Of a stretch of DNA of 64,000 nucleotides, positions 38,144-50,724 are shown in pieces (position 1 is the first letter of the stretch; each line of letters starts with the position of its first letter). The stretch comes from Schmidtea polychroa (Eukaryota). Under the pieces are notes generated by a model that ran no database searches, had not been told where the DNA came from, and worked only from the letters and a program-made list of their open reading frames with translations. Both the position numbers and the translations under genes were made by a program. The DNA lies in assembly GCA_044892525.1 (NCBI GenBank), contig CM097885.1, positions 13,828,001-13,892,000 on the forward strand, given 5' to 3'.

Positions 38144-39668
38144 CAACGGTGGGCAAATGCGGCTCTTCGTTGAGTAAACTGCGGCTCATTGATAATTGAA
38201 TTCGTGATAATCGAATTCGATTTTTTATTTTGAAATTTTTCACTAAGTTTTGAGAAAAATTTTTTGTTGCAATTGTATTTTCATAAATGTCAAAAATTAA
38301 CGAAACATTGTTTTTCACATTTTACTGCTTTTTAAAATTATTTTGTAGTAGGCGGCGCTTTGTTATAACAACGAGAGAGAAGCATCAAAAATAAATTTAG
38401 TGAATTTTGATTGGTTATTATTTTGTTTGTACAAGATTGCGGTCGTTTGTATATTTTAGTATAGTTTTCTATTCGTGTTTTTTGAAAAATTTGGTAAGAA
38501 GATTTTTTTATGAAGCATTTTAAAATTTTAAACTAATTAAAATTAAATTAATGTCTTTTTATTATTTTGTTTAAATTTCAGCCATATAGTTATTTAAATT
38601 TATTATTATAATGACATCAGAAAACATCAAAAAACGAAAATACAGACAAGAAAATAGAACTTTTCAAGAAGAATGGATAGAAAAGTTTTTTTTTATTGAC
38701 AATAATGGTAAATCGTTGTGTCTTATTTGTAAAGGTACAATTTCCAACTACAAAGTGCAAATGAAACTTGGCTTTCTGACTTAATGTTCCTTACAGACAT
38801 TATGGAACATTTGCAAACATTAAATTTGGCTTTACAAGGAAAAGAAAAGATAATTATTGATTTGTCACAAACGTTATTTAGTTTTGAAGCTAAACTTCGG
38901 CTTTTTGTGAACGATCTTAGGTCGAAAATATTTAATCATTTTCCACGAATAAAAGCTAATATAATTGATATTACAGAAGAAAAAGTAAACGAATACAGTG
39001 AAAAATTGGAAGAATTGCAAGCGGATTTCAAATGTAGGTTTGAAGATTTGAAAAGTTATAAATCTACATTTGCATTTTTTGTGAACCCATTTATTTGTGA
39101 TATTATTGAAGATGGATTTCCAATTTCTGAAGTAATACTTGTTAAAAAAGCGGTTGGGGAATTGGAGTTATTAGATATGAAAGAGGACCAGGCTTTGCAA
39201 ATGCACCATAAATCTACTTCTATAGTTGAATTTTGGAAACTCGTACCAGAGGCAAAATATCCACACTTAAAACAAGCTGCTTGCCGTCTAAATTCAATTT
39301 TTGGTACAACATATTGTTGTGAATCTTTGTACTCCACAATGAAGTTCGTAAAGTCGAAATATCGTTCACAGTTGACCAATCAGCATCTTACAGAATTGCT
39401 GCGAACAGCTTTAACAAAGTATACACCAAATTTCAAAGATTTGATCAAAAGTCTTCGTTAATTCAAGAAATTTTATTACTTTTTATTAATGGATTTTTAT
39501 GTTTGTTACTTAATGTTTGAAATAATTATTTTGTTTTTTTTAATAGCGTTTAAGTCTCTTTAATCAAATTAATGAAATAAAAAAAAATATGTACTTTACT
39601 ATGGTGGCTCTGTAAAAAATAAATTTTCGGAAAATGGCTCTTATTGAACCCATGCGTGCCCACCCTTG
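38144..39668 (+). mobile_element. hAT transposon (GTF2IRD2/Charlie/SPIN-like), internally deleted, copy 1
   Basis: TIRs CAACGGTGGGCA / TGCCCACCCTTG; perfect 8-bp TSD ATATATTA (38136-38143, 39669-39676); 1525 bp. Confidence 0.96.
38611..39461 (+). pseudogene. Internally deleted hAT transposase (N-terminal zinc-finger start fused out of frame to the C-terminal dimerisation region)
   Basis: ATG at 38611 gives MTSENIKKRKYRQENRTFQEEW...LCLICK. Another frame from ~38755 gives WLSDLMFLTDI...IFGTTYCCESLYSTMKFVKSKYRSQLT. Confidence 0.9.
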
Positions 39669-40224
39669 ATATATTATTAAATTGTTTAATTTTGACAAGT
39701 TTTTCAAAAATCCATTTTTATATTTAAATAAGCCGCATTTTCACTTTTTTAAAATTAATTGTAAATTTTTATTTATATAAACCGCGGCTGATTTTACTTC
39801 CGAAAAAAATAAGTTGCATATACAGAACAGTTGAACTCAAAAAAGTTGCTTGTATAGATGTTGCTTATAAAGAATGTTGCTTATAGAGGTTGCTTATAGA
39901 GAGGTTGCTTATATAGAGCGTTCACTGTACAAGCTGCTCTCGAATAACGCGGAACTCTTTTTTTGTTTTTAAAATTCCTTTTTTCTAACAATAGTTAAAT
40001 AATTTGGGATATAATCTGGAAATATTTTAATTTTAAGTCTTGAATAACGCAGTTGTAAATAACAAAGAATCCATTAACTATGTAATTCCAGGCTTGCCCA
40101 TATCCAATGAATACATAATGTTATGTAATTGTTCAGACTTAAAAATAGCTTTTTAATAAGTCTGGATTTGATATATTTGCTATCTCTGAAAACAAATATT
40201 AATGGAATATTTTATAGCAAGGTC

Positions 40225-40717
40225 TATCAATTTTCTTGTGGTGAAAGATGAACGTTACCTTAATAAATATTAAGGCACAAAAACAATAGTTTAACGTATT
40301 TATGCGCAGATAATAGGTAATTGTGCGCAACGATCCACAGTAGTAAGTACATTATATTCAAAATAACAGCCATTTTCATGGCCTACGCGTTTAGAAGATA
40401 TTTGGCCAAGATCTAGAACTGGCGATATAATAAAACACATTAAAGGATATGCCTAATACTTCATTTAAAATGGTTGATATCCGTAAATTTAAAAAATGGT
40501 GTATTGAAACCAGTGCTAACTGATACATGTTGATCTAATTATTTTTATAAATGTTTAAATTTAATCAAAAGCCACAATGTCCTAAATCTAGTGCATTTCA
40601 TATAATCATTCTATATCTCAAATCTTTTTAATACTATTTCAGATATTTTGTTGGTTTCAAATATTCAAAGAAATAAAGACAAGCAAACTTAACACTTAAT
40701 CTGGATATAAACGGCAT
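40225..40717. repeat. Dispersed repeat with an inverted copy at ~56580-57050
   Basis: Long near-identical reverse-complement matches (e.g. GGCCTACGCGTTTAGAA, TTGTGCGCAACGATCCACAGTAGTAA). The match resumes at 41755-41840 versus ~56475-56572. Confidence 0.85.
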
Positions 40718-42483
40718 ATTTAGCCAATAATATAAACAACTATTTCATTTCTAATGAAACTCCAATATTGTTTCTCCTAGAAAAGTAAGTTATTCTTTCT
40801 TCCCAAGTTCTTTCAACACCTTCACACATGTTGTCCAGACCTCGAACTTCTTTACTCTTCGTTTCTGTGAATATAAAATCGGTTTTTGAATATTTTACTA
40901 TCTGTTGTTTTTGTGGAATGGGTGTTATCTGCCTCATTACTGCAGGATTCAATCTTTGAACCCCCAGAGTCGCGCAATAATTTTATTGAACTTGCTGTTT
41001 GTTAGGTATATCTTCAACATACAGCCCGGTAACAGTTAATGTTAGGTTTTATGAGTATTTTTATAACCACATAGATATAGCTCCCGGTTTTTTATTAACT
41101 TGATTAGGTGGAGAGTCCCTTCGATTCTGACTAGAACCACCTCTTACGAAGTTCTTTCATTTTTTAGCAATCCTCATGGCAATTTTCACACACATAACCG
41201 GTATGTTAGCACCTTTACCTACATAAATTTTCTGTCTTCTTCACATCTAACGAGGCAGGCATGTCCCAGGATTCTTTACAAATTATCCCACGCCAATTAA
41301 AGGTAATGGAACCAAATCCAACTTCCTTTACCTGCTTGACTAGGCACCAACTTTTTTACTTCGTTAATGTATTACTTGTCAATCTGTGGCTATCTAGGTA
41401 TCGATTACATATGCATTTTCACCCCTTAGGCATATTATAAACGGTTTGAGATAAGTTGATCTGAATTTAACCATAGTGAATACGTTCAAGCCTTTTTCCT
41501 TAATCACTGAAATGCTTAGTTCACATTGTCGTGCCCTACAGTTCGCATGTTCTTTACCCATGAGCAACCTTGCGATATATATTTCAGACTTTCTGGTTGT
41601 TTATTACATCCTTTTCATATAGTATTTCTGTGCCTACTCTTCTTCCACTTCGTCCGGTTCTTGTTTTTGCCAGGAACAAGTTCCCTTTTGTTCTTACACA
41701 ACAGATTAATGTTTTACCATCTAATAATCTTGTTCCATCTTTTATCCAGTTGTGAAGAACTGACAAATTACGCTTATAACTTATTAGGTGGAAATACAGC
41801 TAGCTGTGTTTATATTATAAACAAAATAATTGCTATTTTCATGATCTACGTAATTAAAATTTTTCAAATTAATTTTTTTAATAAGCAATCTAATGCAAAT
41901 AAAACCTTTCAGATATCAAAAATGTCTCTTACCAATGAATATAAATATTTTAACATCTCTGTGATTTTCCTTAATCTTCGGTCAACCTATATGTTTTCTG
42001 TCATAATTACCAATAATTTTGTTTTATTTCTTAAATTTTGGATTTAAATTACAAGCCTGGCGCGTAAAGGTTATGAATCCTCAAATTTATGGTAGATTTC
42101 ATACATTTACCATTATCCTAATGTTATATCAAATTTCTAAATTTCTTAAATCAATTGATTTACGCCTTGATTCACTGTTGGTTTTTATTTTTGTTATTTT
42201 TTTGAAATTATATTATATTATTTGAGATAATTAATAAGTTTATTTATTTTTAATTGCGTTATTCAGTTCTTATATGTTAATAATGCCATTTTTTTAAATT
42301 TGATAATCTATTCATATGAGTATGTCAATAAGTCATTATATAAATAAGGAATAGTTAAATCTCAAGAGATGGATTTCTGTGAATTTAGAAAATTTTCGTA
42401 TAAATTCAAATTTTCATAGAGCTTTTATATAATCGCCAATGAATTTCTAAAATTTCTATTTAGGTTTTATAATAAGAATAACT

Positions 42484-42495
42484 AATAATAATAAT

Positions 42496-42557
<62 letters not shown>

Positions 42558-42575
42558 GAATAAGAATAATAATAA
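42484..42575. repeat. (AAT)n microsatellite
   Basis: AAT run. Confidence 0.95.
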
Positions 42576-43159
42576 TATAAACACAAGCTTTATATGAAAA
42601 ACTATATTTATAATAATTACTGTTCATAATTTAACATTAAACCTGTTCGTTAAAAAACTGATCCTTCTTTTACCTCAGTGATAATAATAATAATAAATTA
42701 ATTAATTAATTATAACGCTTATTTTTATAAGTTATTCTATTTCACAAATTGTTCTCAAAATTTTTAATATATTCAATTTGAAAAAAAAATTGCCATTAAA
42801 TACGCACGGCAAATGATATCAAAAATATATCATATATAACAAATCTTTTAAGAAATTTGCTTGTTGTTTACTTAATGCGCATGAGAAAATTATAAAAATT
42901 TCAATGCCAATTAAAAATTCAGACTATTTTGTAATTTAAAGATATTATTAATTAATCTTGATTTCTACAAAAGAAATTTTGTATAAAATAAATTCTTCAA
43001 TATTTTCATTACAATTAATTAACTTTTAAAATACATCCAAAATTATTTTTTACATTTATTTTGAATCTTTTCATAATCATGCAAAGGAGCCTCATTATCA
43101 TTAATTCATTATATAATACTGCGACCTTTCTTCTAAAACTAATGATAATTAAATCACAA

Positions 43160-43160
43160 C

Positions 43161-43226
<66 letters not shown>

Positions 43227-43510
43227 TACCAAAGAAATAGAAAAAGGCAGTACCGAAAATTCGTGAATATCAAAAAAAAAACATCCATATCTTTATTTAT
43301 TCATAATCAAGAAAATTCTAATAAATACAATGTTAATTGAAAAGAAATCAGAGGTGAAAATTGAAAAAAGTTCTTATAATAATAATAATTAACTTGAAAA
43401 AGGCAGTTCGGAAAATTCATGAATATCAAAAACATCGATATATTTACTGATTCATATTAATTCATATTAATTTATATTAACTGATTCATAACTTCAAGCT
43501 TTTTAATAAT
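43160..43510 (+). repeat. (AAT)n followed by two tandem decayed family-B repeats
   Basis: AAT run 43160-43226, then AAAAAGGCAGTACCGAAAATTCGTGA... and CTTGAAAAAGGCAGTTCGGAAAATTCATGA... Confidence 0.75.
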
Positions 43511-45006
43511 TTTAAAATTTAGCATAAATCTATTTAATATCATCAATTTACATATTCATATTCTTGTCCCATTGTGACTTTGAGCTGCATTCGGTATTCT
43601 TATACGTATATTTTCTGTAAAAAATGACCAGTTTAGAAAAGTAATTATGTATTTTATTGTTAAAATTGCTATTATTTTTTCTTTAATGTATAACATCCGG
43701 CAGTAACTCTTCAAAAATGACGGAGTTTTTATTTTTTCATGCAAAATTCGTGATTACAAATTGTTCAAATTAAAAAAAATTGAATAAACAGTTTAATATA
43801 AAAGCGAAAAATTTAATGACACACTTAGATTTTTGTCCGAAAACAGGTTCTGGTAAATAAACAGCGACATGACATGACCGAAAGTATTGTTAATGGTCAT
43901 AGCAAATGACAATATGACCGGAAATTGACGACACTTTATTTTAAATGCCATACTGCTATCACTTGGCAGTAATAATAAGATTTATATAATTAAAGTTATA
44001 ATAAATAAGCAAAAAGGTGTATTCAACAGTATTACGAACTGACATACATAAATACATTCGAAATTATTTATATATACATATAATTATGGTTTCTTGGTAG
44101 CAGTATAAATTGAATTTTAAACAAATAAATGACAGGATAAGTCTATACTGCAAGTTTATTGGGCGAAAAATCTTTTTTAAATAATATATAAAATATTAAA
44201 TTTAAAACTCAATATTGAAAATTCTCAAATTTAAAAAAAATCCAGAAAATATATCCACAATTTTTGATTTTTTATTATTATTTTTCCAATTTACTAAAAA
44301 TAGAATGTATCAAAAGAGGAATTTGAGACGAATCCAAAATGACTAAATTCTTTTCCAAACACGAAAAGGATATAATCTATTAATATGAAAAATTTACAAT
44401 ACACTGATAATTGTTTTCCAAATATTCCTATATATAGATTAGAAAAATTTTGTTTGAATTGATTCATCTGAATTGAACTAGCGTCATCAATTTTTACTTT
44501 TAATTGTCGTAATGTTTAGATATCATGATATTTTGCCTAGTTGATACCAGTCTGTTATAGAATTCGCTGCCTGTGATTTCATGGATTTCTTATAATGCAG
44601 ACCAAATAAATATGAGCTGTGCCTAGACATTAATATTATTTAATCTATAGAAAATTCATATATTTGTCAAATGTTTATGTATTTTATTAGGAGACTTTAC
44701 TTTATTCATAAGTCGTTTCAAAACTGTATTATTAAAACAAAAACAATTTTCCAATTTAATATGTAGAGAATTTAACTAAAATATAAATAATATTCCGAGC
44801 TATATAATTATACAATTTCAACATATCACAAACATGCGAATATATAATAATATTTTTAAATACATCTTACACCCTTCTCCTTTTAAAATATATCTTTAGT
44901 TTTTAAATTCTTTTGGTCGTTCTACATTTCTTGATTTTAATTTTCATGTTGGTATTTTGACCACGTAGCTCCGATCATGTTTTTTCTCAATTATTTCTCC
45001 GTGGCC

Positions 45007-45008
<2 letters not shown>

Positions 45009-45073
<65 letters not shown>
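45009..45073. repeat. (TA)n microsatellite
   Basis: TA run. Confidence 0.97.
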
Positions 45074-45075
<2 letters not shown>

Positions 45076-45374
45076 GTCTATTGTTATTACATCTTCTTTA
45101 ATCCATGCTTTATCATTGACAGCGATTTTTCTATTGGTTCGAGGTTCATTATTATTATTTGGAATATGTAAAAAAGCCAAGAAATAAAAAATAATAAAAA
45201 TAAATAAGACACCAATTTAAATTTTAATTAAGTTAAGCAAAGATCTACAAAGACTTTCACTGTTGTTCCACATCCTTATAAATTCCGTTCAAGATTTTGG
45301 CCTGTCGCACGTTCTCGATTTAATTTCCTTTTTTAAACATTATTAATTATTGTTAATTCGTTTTATTATATATA

Positions 45375-45513
45375 GTCTAAGTTTTTTCGACAGGATGTTT
45401 TGTCCCCCCGTGGGTATTGGTCACACTCAATCCCCACCTACCCCAACCCATCAACCTGATACAAACAACTAGTTAACAACCAGATACCTGTACCAACAAA
45501 CAACTAGATACCA
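45375..45513 (+). repeat. Diverged solo end of the nested TIR unit of the foldback element
   Basis: TATATA|GTCTAAGTTTTTTCGACAGGATGTTTTGTCCCCCCGTGGGTATTGG followed by ACAACTAG/CCAGATACC words; compare 21672 onward. Confidence 0.7.
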
Positions 45514-48500
45514 TCTATTGATTACATCTATTTTTATATCTATTAATTATATAAAAAATATGTAGAAAAAAGCCATATTTTACATTTTTTTACATGATCC
45601 GAATATTTTTCTTTTCAATATATTCTTCTCTGTTCAAATATTGGTTGTCGTTTGACCGCCATTCCTCATTTATATTTTTGCCATACACTTCTTCTGTTGG
45701 ACTAAATCCTATTGTACTTTGAATTTTTGAATTAAGCATAAATTCAACTTCTGGAAATAACAGGCCATTTTTTATAAATTTTATCTTTTAAGGAAATTTG
45801 GATGGCATATCGTATAGTTCTAAATTGTCTTTCAATCATTACATTAGCTGAATGATGATACGGATGTTTAATACACTATTTGAATTCGAAGAATATTTAT
45901 TAAATCTATTAAATCTATTAATTTTGTTAAAAACGATTTTCCTCTATCAGTGTATAAACCTCGGTACTCCATATTTCAAAATCCAATTATTTTTCAATAT
46001 CGTTGATATTGCTTCTTCATCTTGTCTTGATACGTCACTTAATGATATGTATTTATGAATTGATCCATATTTGCCAATGTATATATCTTTTTCTATGAAT
46101 TGTATCTTTCAGTGGTCCGCAAAAATCAATGTCTTTGACACTCTTCACAACTTTGAACAACCTTTTCCCTTTGTAATCTTTTATTATCAAAATCAAATGC
46201 CTGAAACATAATCCTACACTTTCTTTACACCTGCATGACATTGCGTTTGATGGCTATGCTCTATAAATTGTCTTATCCTTTCCTTTGGTATCCCTATTTT
46301 ATTTTTGTTTGTCTTTACAACATTATAAATTTCAAACTTAATCTCTTTTGTTTTCTATTTTTCCTTTATACCATTAATTTCTAAAGAATCTTTTTGCCAT
46401 ATCATCTAAAAGCATTAAAGCTAAAATTCTTGTCTTTAATCTATCTTTCTTTGGTTCTTCATGTATTTTCTGACATTGTATACATGTATCACATTCGTTT
46501 TGTGATAAAGCATCAACAATTCTATGTAATTCACCTGTTCGGTACCCTAATTTCATATTTAGACTACTAAGGTAAATAATCCAAGTCTGAAATTGTGTTC
46601 TAAATCGTTTTTTTGGTTTTGAGCATAAATGTGATTGCCTTATGATCTGTTCGCAATTAAAAGCGCTTTCCGTATAAATAGTGTTTAAAATGTAACGTAA
46701 AATAGTAAATTGCGAGTTGTTCTTTTCTAGTGATACAATATTTTAGCTTATGTGCATTCATCGCAATTAAGCAATTACTCTTCAATTAGAATCTAATTGT
46801 GATAGTACAGCTCCAATTCTGTCAAAAATTGCATCTGTATCAAGTATAAATTCCTTTTTTGTGAGTCCCAAACAACAACTCCTCAGTCTTTTAAAGCACT
46901 TTGGTCTTTAGAATAGTTTAATGGTATCAATTTTACTATCACCCGTTCTTATACCCTCCGTATTTATAATATAACCTGAAAATTTAGTTTCTCTTTTAAG
47001 AAAACGACATTTTTCTCTGCTCAACTTTAATCCTGAATCTTAGATTCTTTTCAATACATTTTTAACTCTGCATATGTTCTTCTTTAGTAGTTGAAAATAA
47101 AAAAATATCGTCGTGGTAAACTACAACTTCATTCCAATTTAGTAGTCCTACCACTTTATTTATTAGTTTCTGAAAAGTTGCAGGAGTGACAGCAATTCCA
47201 AACGGCATTCGATTGAAGTAATATTGGTCGTTTTTTGTTGAAAACATAGTTTTCTTTTTTAATTCATCAGTTAACTCAACTTGGTAGTATTCAATGTTAT
47301 AATGAATATATGGATTCATTAAGAAGGTCCATCATTTCTTCTGCATTAGCTATTGGAAAAATATGTCGCCCTGTTACTAAATTTTATGCTTTAAAATCTA
47401 AGCAAATTCTTATATCATCTTTTCCTTTCTTTTTAATACATATCAATAGTGCGTTCTAAGGAGATTCACATTTTTCTTTGATTCCACTTTTTCCATATCT
47501 TTTATATTTTCTCGATCTTCACTAATAGAGGTAGGGGTTGGCGACTAGGATTAATAACAATTGGAGGTCCCATTGTAATTATTTTGTGTTTCACTAATTC
47601 TGTTTTTCCAATATCCCATTTATTTTTCATAAATACATTTTCGTAACCCTTAATCAATTTTCCAATTTCTTTATCTTCTAATTCTTTACTTCGATAAAGC
47701 GTATTTCATATATATCCCTCAGATTCATTTTTTAATAGATATTGAATTATTTTAGAAAGTTGATACCTCCAATTACGTATGGAATAACAACTCGAATAAC
47801 ACAAAACTCCGCTGCTTTGGAAATATTACCTAAATTATTATTTACATTTCATTTTCCCATCACAATTATTTTACTTCCATTCGCACATCTCACTTCTATA
47901 TCAGATTTCTGTATTTTTAGATTTTCAAATGTTTTGAATAAATCATATTCCAAAACATTAATCTTTGCTCTCGTTTGAAGCAACTAAAGATCAATATTGT
48001 TTCTATTTAACACAAATTTTTGGCATTACCTTTTTTAATTGATATTTGTTTTATAATGATTTTACGATTTTTCATACAAAATCATTTATTTGACATTTTT
48101 TATTTCAAGTCAAAAAAGGAATTTAAGATATTTTCTTCTTTAAATATTTATTAAATATATTATTTACAGTGCCGATTACAACCAGATTTTGGCGATGTAT
48201 TATTTAAATCAAATTATTTATTTGCACATAACAAGACTCCGCATTGTTTTTTTCTTTGAGACTCGATCCTTCTAACCGTTGCTTCGTGAATAAGTAAACA
48301 TATTCATTATAAGGAATTAAAATTTCATTTCTTAACGAAAAAATGGCACTGAAAATATAATAAAAGGTAAATATAACATATAATGTAATATATAATATAT
48401 AGCATATAATATATAATATCAATTTTTTTATATATTAAATAAGTTTACAATTTTCAAGTTTCTAACTTTAGAAAATAAATGTATTTTCAAATTTAACTAT

Positions 48501-48627
48501 CCATTTAAGCAATTATTTATGTCGGATCTTAATCTATTATTTGAAAAGAATTTTGATTCAATTTTGTTATAAAAATCGTATTTAAAAATGATTTATAATT
48601 TATATAATTTTATTAGTTTAAAATTAA

Positions 48628-48778
48628 GGGTTCTTGGTAGAAGCATAAATTAAATGTTAAACAAAAAATAACAGGATAGATCTTTGCTGCAAAATATTTA
48701 TTAGTTAAATATTATTTAATTGAAAATTTTCACTTAATAAATATTTTGTAGCAAAAACTTATCCTGTCATTTATTTGT
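48628..48778. repeat. Hairpin/MITE-like repeat with a partial related copy at ~44088-44155
   Basis: ACAGGATAGATCTTTGCTGCAAAATATTTATTA ... TAATAAATATTTTGTAGCAAAAACTTATCCTGT inverted pair; GGTTCTTGGTAG-like start shared with 44088. Confidence 0.55.
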
Positions 48779-49352
48779 AATTTAATGATAGATATTATTA
48801 TAAACTGTGTTCCATCAAGAAAGTACAGAGAATGTGTATTCTCTTGGTCCCTTCTGGGCGCTATTCTCATTTATCAACTTATCTTATTTTATTTATTTTT
48901 TTTGTTATTTTATTATTAGGTAACATTTAATTTAATCAATTTTAGCATAGTGTTAATTTAGTGATTTTACACACCATGAGTTCGATTTTTTAGTAAACGA
49001 TTAAATATTATATTACAAGATTGAAACTGTAGATAAAAAATGTTCGTACATCCATATTGATTGAGTTAAGGACATATTTTTTGTAAAAACACTTTCGACT
49101 AAAACTGACTTTATTTATGAGCTTTTAACCCATTTTGTCGAATGTAGGATATTGATGTGTGTCAAAAAATTTTATGGAATAATATAATATCAAATAAATA
49201 CTTAAAGTAAAATACTTTTTCTTTTCAACATCGATATATTATTATTATTATTATTGTCAATGCTTTTTATCTTCATCTCATATTAAAATTAACATTGAAT
49301 AGGCATTAAAAATTTCTTTCTATTATTAACATTAACGAATCAATAAGCTTAA

Positions 49353-49543
49353 CCCTTTGAACCCTAAAGGCCGGTTTTTTTACAGTATGTTTGAAATTCA
49401 AATTAACTAAAAATATTTTCCATACTGACAATCGATTTTTGATGGAAATTGCATTTTAAGTAAAATATTATTTTTTGGTCAAAAATTGCTCAGGAGCTCA
49501 GGGATATAGTGCTAATACAATGAACGTCTTAGGCTTCAAAGGG
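49353..49543. mobile_element. piggyBac-type MITE (191 bp)
   Basis: TTAA|CCCTTTGAACCCTAA ... TTAGGCTTCAAAGGG|TTTAA. Confidence 0.75.
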
Positions 49544-49689
49544 TTTAATATAAAACTCTAAGCATTTTGTCTAAGCATATGAAAAATCCGGTAGCTATGA
49601 ATGATAATCGCCAAAATAATTCTACAAAGTCAAAAATTATATACAGAAACAATAATGACATAATAGTTATAACTTAATGAGTTAATTAA

Positions 49690-49885
49690 ATAATCTCAAT
49701 AGATCCATCACTGATTGAATGTTAATTGTGGAGAATTGTGATTTAATCGTCAATGCCTCACATTTTATTTCCCGTTTATTAAAGTTTTTATGTAAAATTT
49801 ATAAGTCATTTGTCTTTACACGTTTCCCTATGCTCAATAATATGACTCACGTCTTTCAATCGGCTATGTTCTTGAACCCGTGTGC
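49690..49885 (-). mobile_element. Diverged Penelope-like GIY-YIG fragment (second family)
   Basis: Minus strand TRVQEHSRLKDVSHIIEHRETCK...YKILHKNFNKREIKCEALTIKSQFSTINIQ. Abuts an oppositely oriented family-B repeat at 49882-50000. Confidence 0.75.
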
Positions 49886-50724
49886 CGAAAATTCTTGAAT
49901 ATCAAAAACATATATTTATTGATTTATAGTCTTCAAGCTCTTTTTAATAAATTCAATGGAAAAAAAATCAGTTGTGAAATTGGAAAAATAAGTTCTCATA
50001 GTATATATGATGCTATTCACTTCTCAGCATAATTTTTATCATTTACCACGCCTGGTACATTTAATATATGTTCACTATTCCTTTTTCAATGATATTATAA
50101 TTGTGCAATATTTTTAATCTTTTTGTAGTGAAACCAAACTATGTAATAATTATGGGATTTTAACATAAATTTTATGCAGGATGTAATAATAATACAATAT
50201 TTACATAATCTTACTAATTACAGAGCTATAAATTATTATGTAACATAATCTCAACTCATTTGATGTGACGCTACATTTCCAAAGATGTACTAAGGATATC
50301 TAAGATTTGAATAGAAACAATTTTATTGGCATGGTTGTCATTTAAATTCATGATTTTTATATAATGAAATTATTTGTAATATTTGTTTTGTTCCATAAGC
50401 CTTGTTTATTCGTATATTCTCGATTATCTTATTATTTATCTTTTATTTATTTCTACCTCATTCATAATATATTTAGAGTTTTAGTTTTTGTTAAAATATT
50501 TATATTTTTATTAAAATCCAAATCATATGATTTAATAAACACATTGGGAAAGTTATGCGTTTCTTGTTTATCACTAATTATTTGTGAATGGCATGCAAGA
50601 ATATTTGTTTATAGAGAGATCTGTAATGATTATTTCTTATTTTCACATTCAATAGTGCCATTTCACTTTTCCTATCACAATTTGCCGCATTTCTCACTTT
50701 CAATTCATTAGATCTTTTATTAAA

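Larger units (their letters stand above)
37107..39800 (+). mobile_element. pogo (POGK-like) transposon remnant nested in the Tigger element
   Basis: TA|CCGTAATATCGCGTGTATTGGCCGC left end. ORF 37415-37792 has 'VDESQIRNWRKDKE' and 'FKSGTSWCNNFLKRNNLSMR...QHLP', then 'NMDEVPDSFDM'. Decayed right end (TAAGCCGC, GCGGCT) near 39730-39800. Confidence 0.8.
35568..39927 (-). mobile_element. Tigger/Jerky-like transposon (degenerate) carrying nested insertions
   Basis: TA|CAGTGAA ... TTCACTG|TA ends, with GTTGCTTATAG subterminal repeats at 39845-39920. Transposase remnants on the minus strand at 35853-36960. Confidence 0.7.
44871..47980 (-). mobile_element. Gypsy/Ty3 LTR retrotransposon remnant (RT, RNase H, integrase)
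   Basis: RT 'FNRMPFGIAVTPATFQKL...VVVYHDDIFLFS'; RNase H 'FILDTDAIFDRIGAVLSQ'; integrase 'IDFCGPLK'. Polypurine tract AAAAGGAGAAGGG followed by TGTAAG at ~44884-44866 on the minus strand. Many stops and frameshifts. Confidence 0.9.

Noticed and set aside
39056..39379. Antisense ORFs to transposases (also 59205-59528, 37519-37740 and 35863-36072)
   Set aside because: Shadow frames of transposase coding strands.
38784..39461. Domesticated host gene GTF2IRD2/EPM2AIP1
   Set aside because: Lies within TIRs and an 8-bp TSD, is internally deleted, and is present as two mobile copies.
44088..48778. Direct repeats at ~44088 and ~48628 as the LTRs of the Gypsy remnant
   Set aside because: The match is short, lacks TG...CA ends, is not adjacent to the polypurine tract at ~44872-44884, and the second copy is a hairpin more like a MITE.
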